Assembly: GCA_963726745.1 (NCBI GenBank)
Contig: CAVSDR010000004.1
Coordinates: 128,001 to 192,000, forward strand
DNA length: 64,000 nt
Reading direction: 5' to 3'
Source: an uncultured Verrucomicrobiae bacterium
GTDB lineage: Bacteria; Verrucomicrobiota; Verrucomicrobiia; Chthoniobacterales; UBA10450
The notes under the pieces are model-generated. The model worked only from the letters and a program-made list of their open reading frames with translations. It made no database searches and was not told the origin of the DNA. The position numbers and the translations under genes are program-made. Below, one piece after another: positions 63,269 to 64,000 of the stretch (the stretch's first letter is position 1; each line of letters begins with the position of its first letter).

Positions 63269-64000
63269 CTAATTAGCCGAACGCGGCGCAAAGGACACGG
63301 ATTTATCGTGCACCTCGAGCGCGCCAACTTTTCCGAGCGACTTCAGCTCGCGCTGAAACATTCCCAGCGCGTCGCCGAAAAGAAATTTCGTGTACGGCAG
63401 AAGCGCTGGCGTTAACGGCAGCCGCCCGATCCATTCCCCCTGCGGCGTCGCCGTGATACGGCCATCGCGCAGCGCCGGTAGAAAACGCGCCTGGGTCGAA
63501 AGCGAGATGCCGTAAACGGTTCGTTGCACCGTCAGGAGCGCACTGTTTTCCTCCAGGGTCGCGACCACACGTTTGACCGGAAGATAATCACCCAGCGGGG
63601 ACTTCCGCGACTTGCTCGCCGAGGCGAGATAGGCATTCACCTGGCTTTCGGTATAGCGCACGCCGGCGCTTTGGGGGTCGGTGGCGAGATTCTCCAGGTC
63701 GAGGTTTACCTGCGGGGCCAAGGCACCATCCAGCCCAGGAGCCGGCGGCAACGAGACCGGCCGGAAAATTTGCACAAGCGCAGCAACCAAGAGCGCGGCC
63801 AAAAGTACGCCGGCGAAAGACTTCGCAACGAGACGCAATCTAAACCCGCGGGGATTGAGCATCGATTGAAGATGACGTCGAGCCGCGACCTGCGGATCCT
63901 CGGGCTTTTGCCCCTTGCTCTTCGACAGGACGGAGCGGTCGAGGCGGGCGCCGCACTCGTGGCAATAGACGCGCTCCGGTTCGTTCTCGTGCCGGCATTC
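63269..64000 (-). CDS. Zinc-ribbon + TM membrane protein (start lies beyond the window)
   Basis: In-frame extension ECRHENEPERVYCHECGARLDRS... joins the 63862 ORF; one TM helix. Confidence 0.75.
   Translation of the reverse strand, partial: ECRHENEPERVYCHECGARLDRSVLSKSKGQKPEDPQVAARRHLQSMLNPRGFRLRLVAKSFAGVLLAALLVAALVQIFRPVSLPPAPGLDGALAPQVNLDLENLATDPQSAGVRYTESQVNAYLASASKSRKSPLGDYLPVKRVVATLEENSALLTVQRTVYGISLSTQARFLPALRDGRITATPQGEWIGRLPLTPALLPYTKFLFGDALGMFQRELKSLGKVGALEVHDKSVSFAPRSAN

Overview
High-GC (roughly 65% by eye) bacterial chromosome segment, probably Verrucomicrobiota (Chthoniobacterales/Spartobacteria-like). That assignment is inferred from a Minf_1886-like protein, a PEP-CTERM-type tail, a dockerin-tailed secreted protein and a Verrucomicrobia-style OM barrel. 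Most of it is housekeeping: tetR-emrAB, ribD, dnaG-rpoD, thiHS, mreBCD-mrdA-rne/rng, rpe, gspDE, mpl, rplT-pheST, 6S RNA, carA, mlaEFD, topoisomerase IB and an M16 protease. An accessory island at about 18.4-25.7 kb holds a CSLREA-like adhesin, a decayed HAF-repeat fragment, an integrase-less integron array (attI-like site plus two GYF_2 cassettes with textbook attC sites), a module of helical protein + 17x21-bp array + ArsR-type HTH, and a PEP-CTERM-like protein. The most striking unexplained signal is the non-palindromic octamer CTAACGAG/CTCGTTAG. I counted 27 copies by eye (about 1-2 expected), in both orientations and mostly inside genes. The same octamer lies at every integron crossover site. 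At least 8 genes carry frameshifts from small indels, most likely long-read assembly errors.
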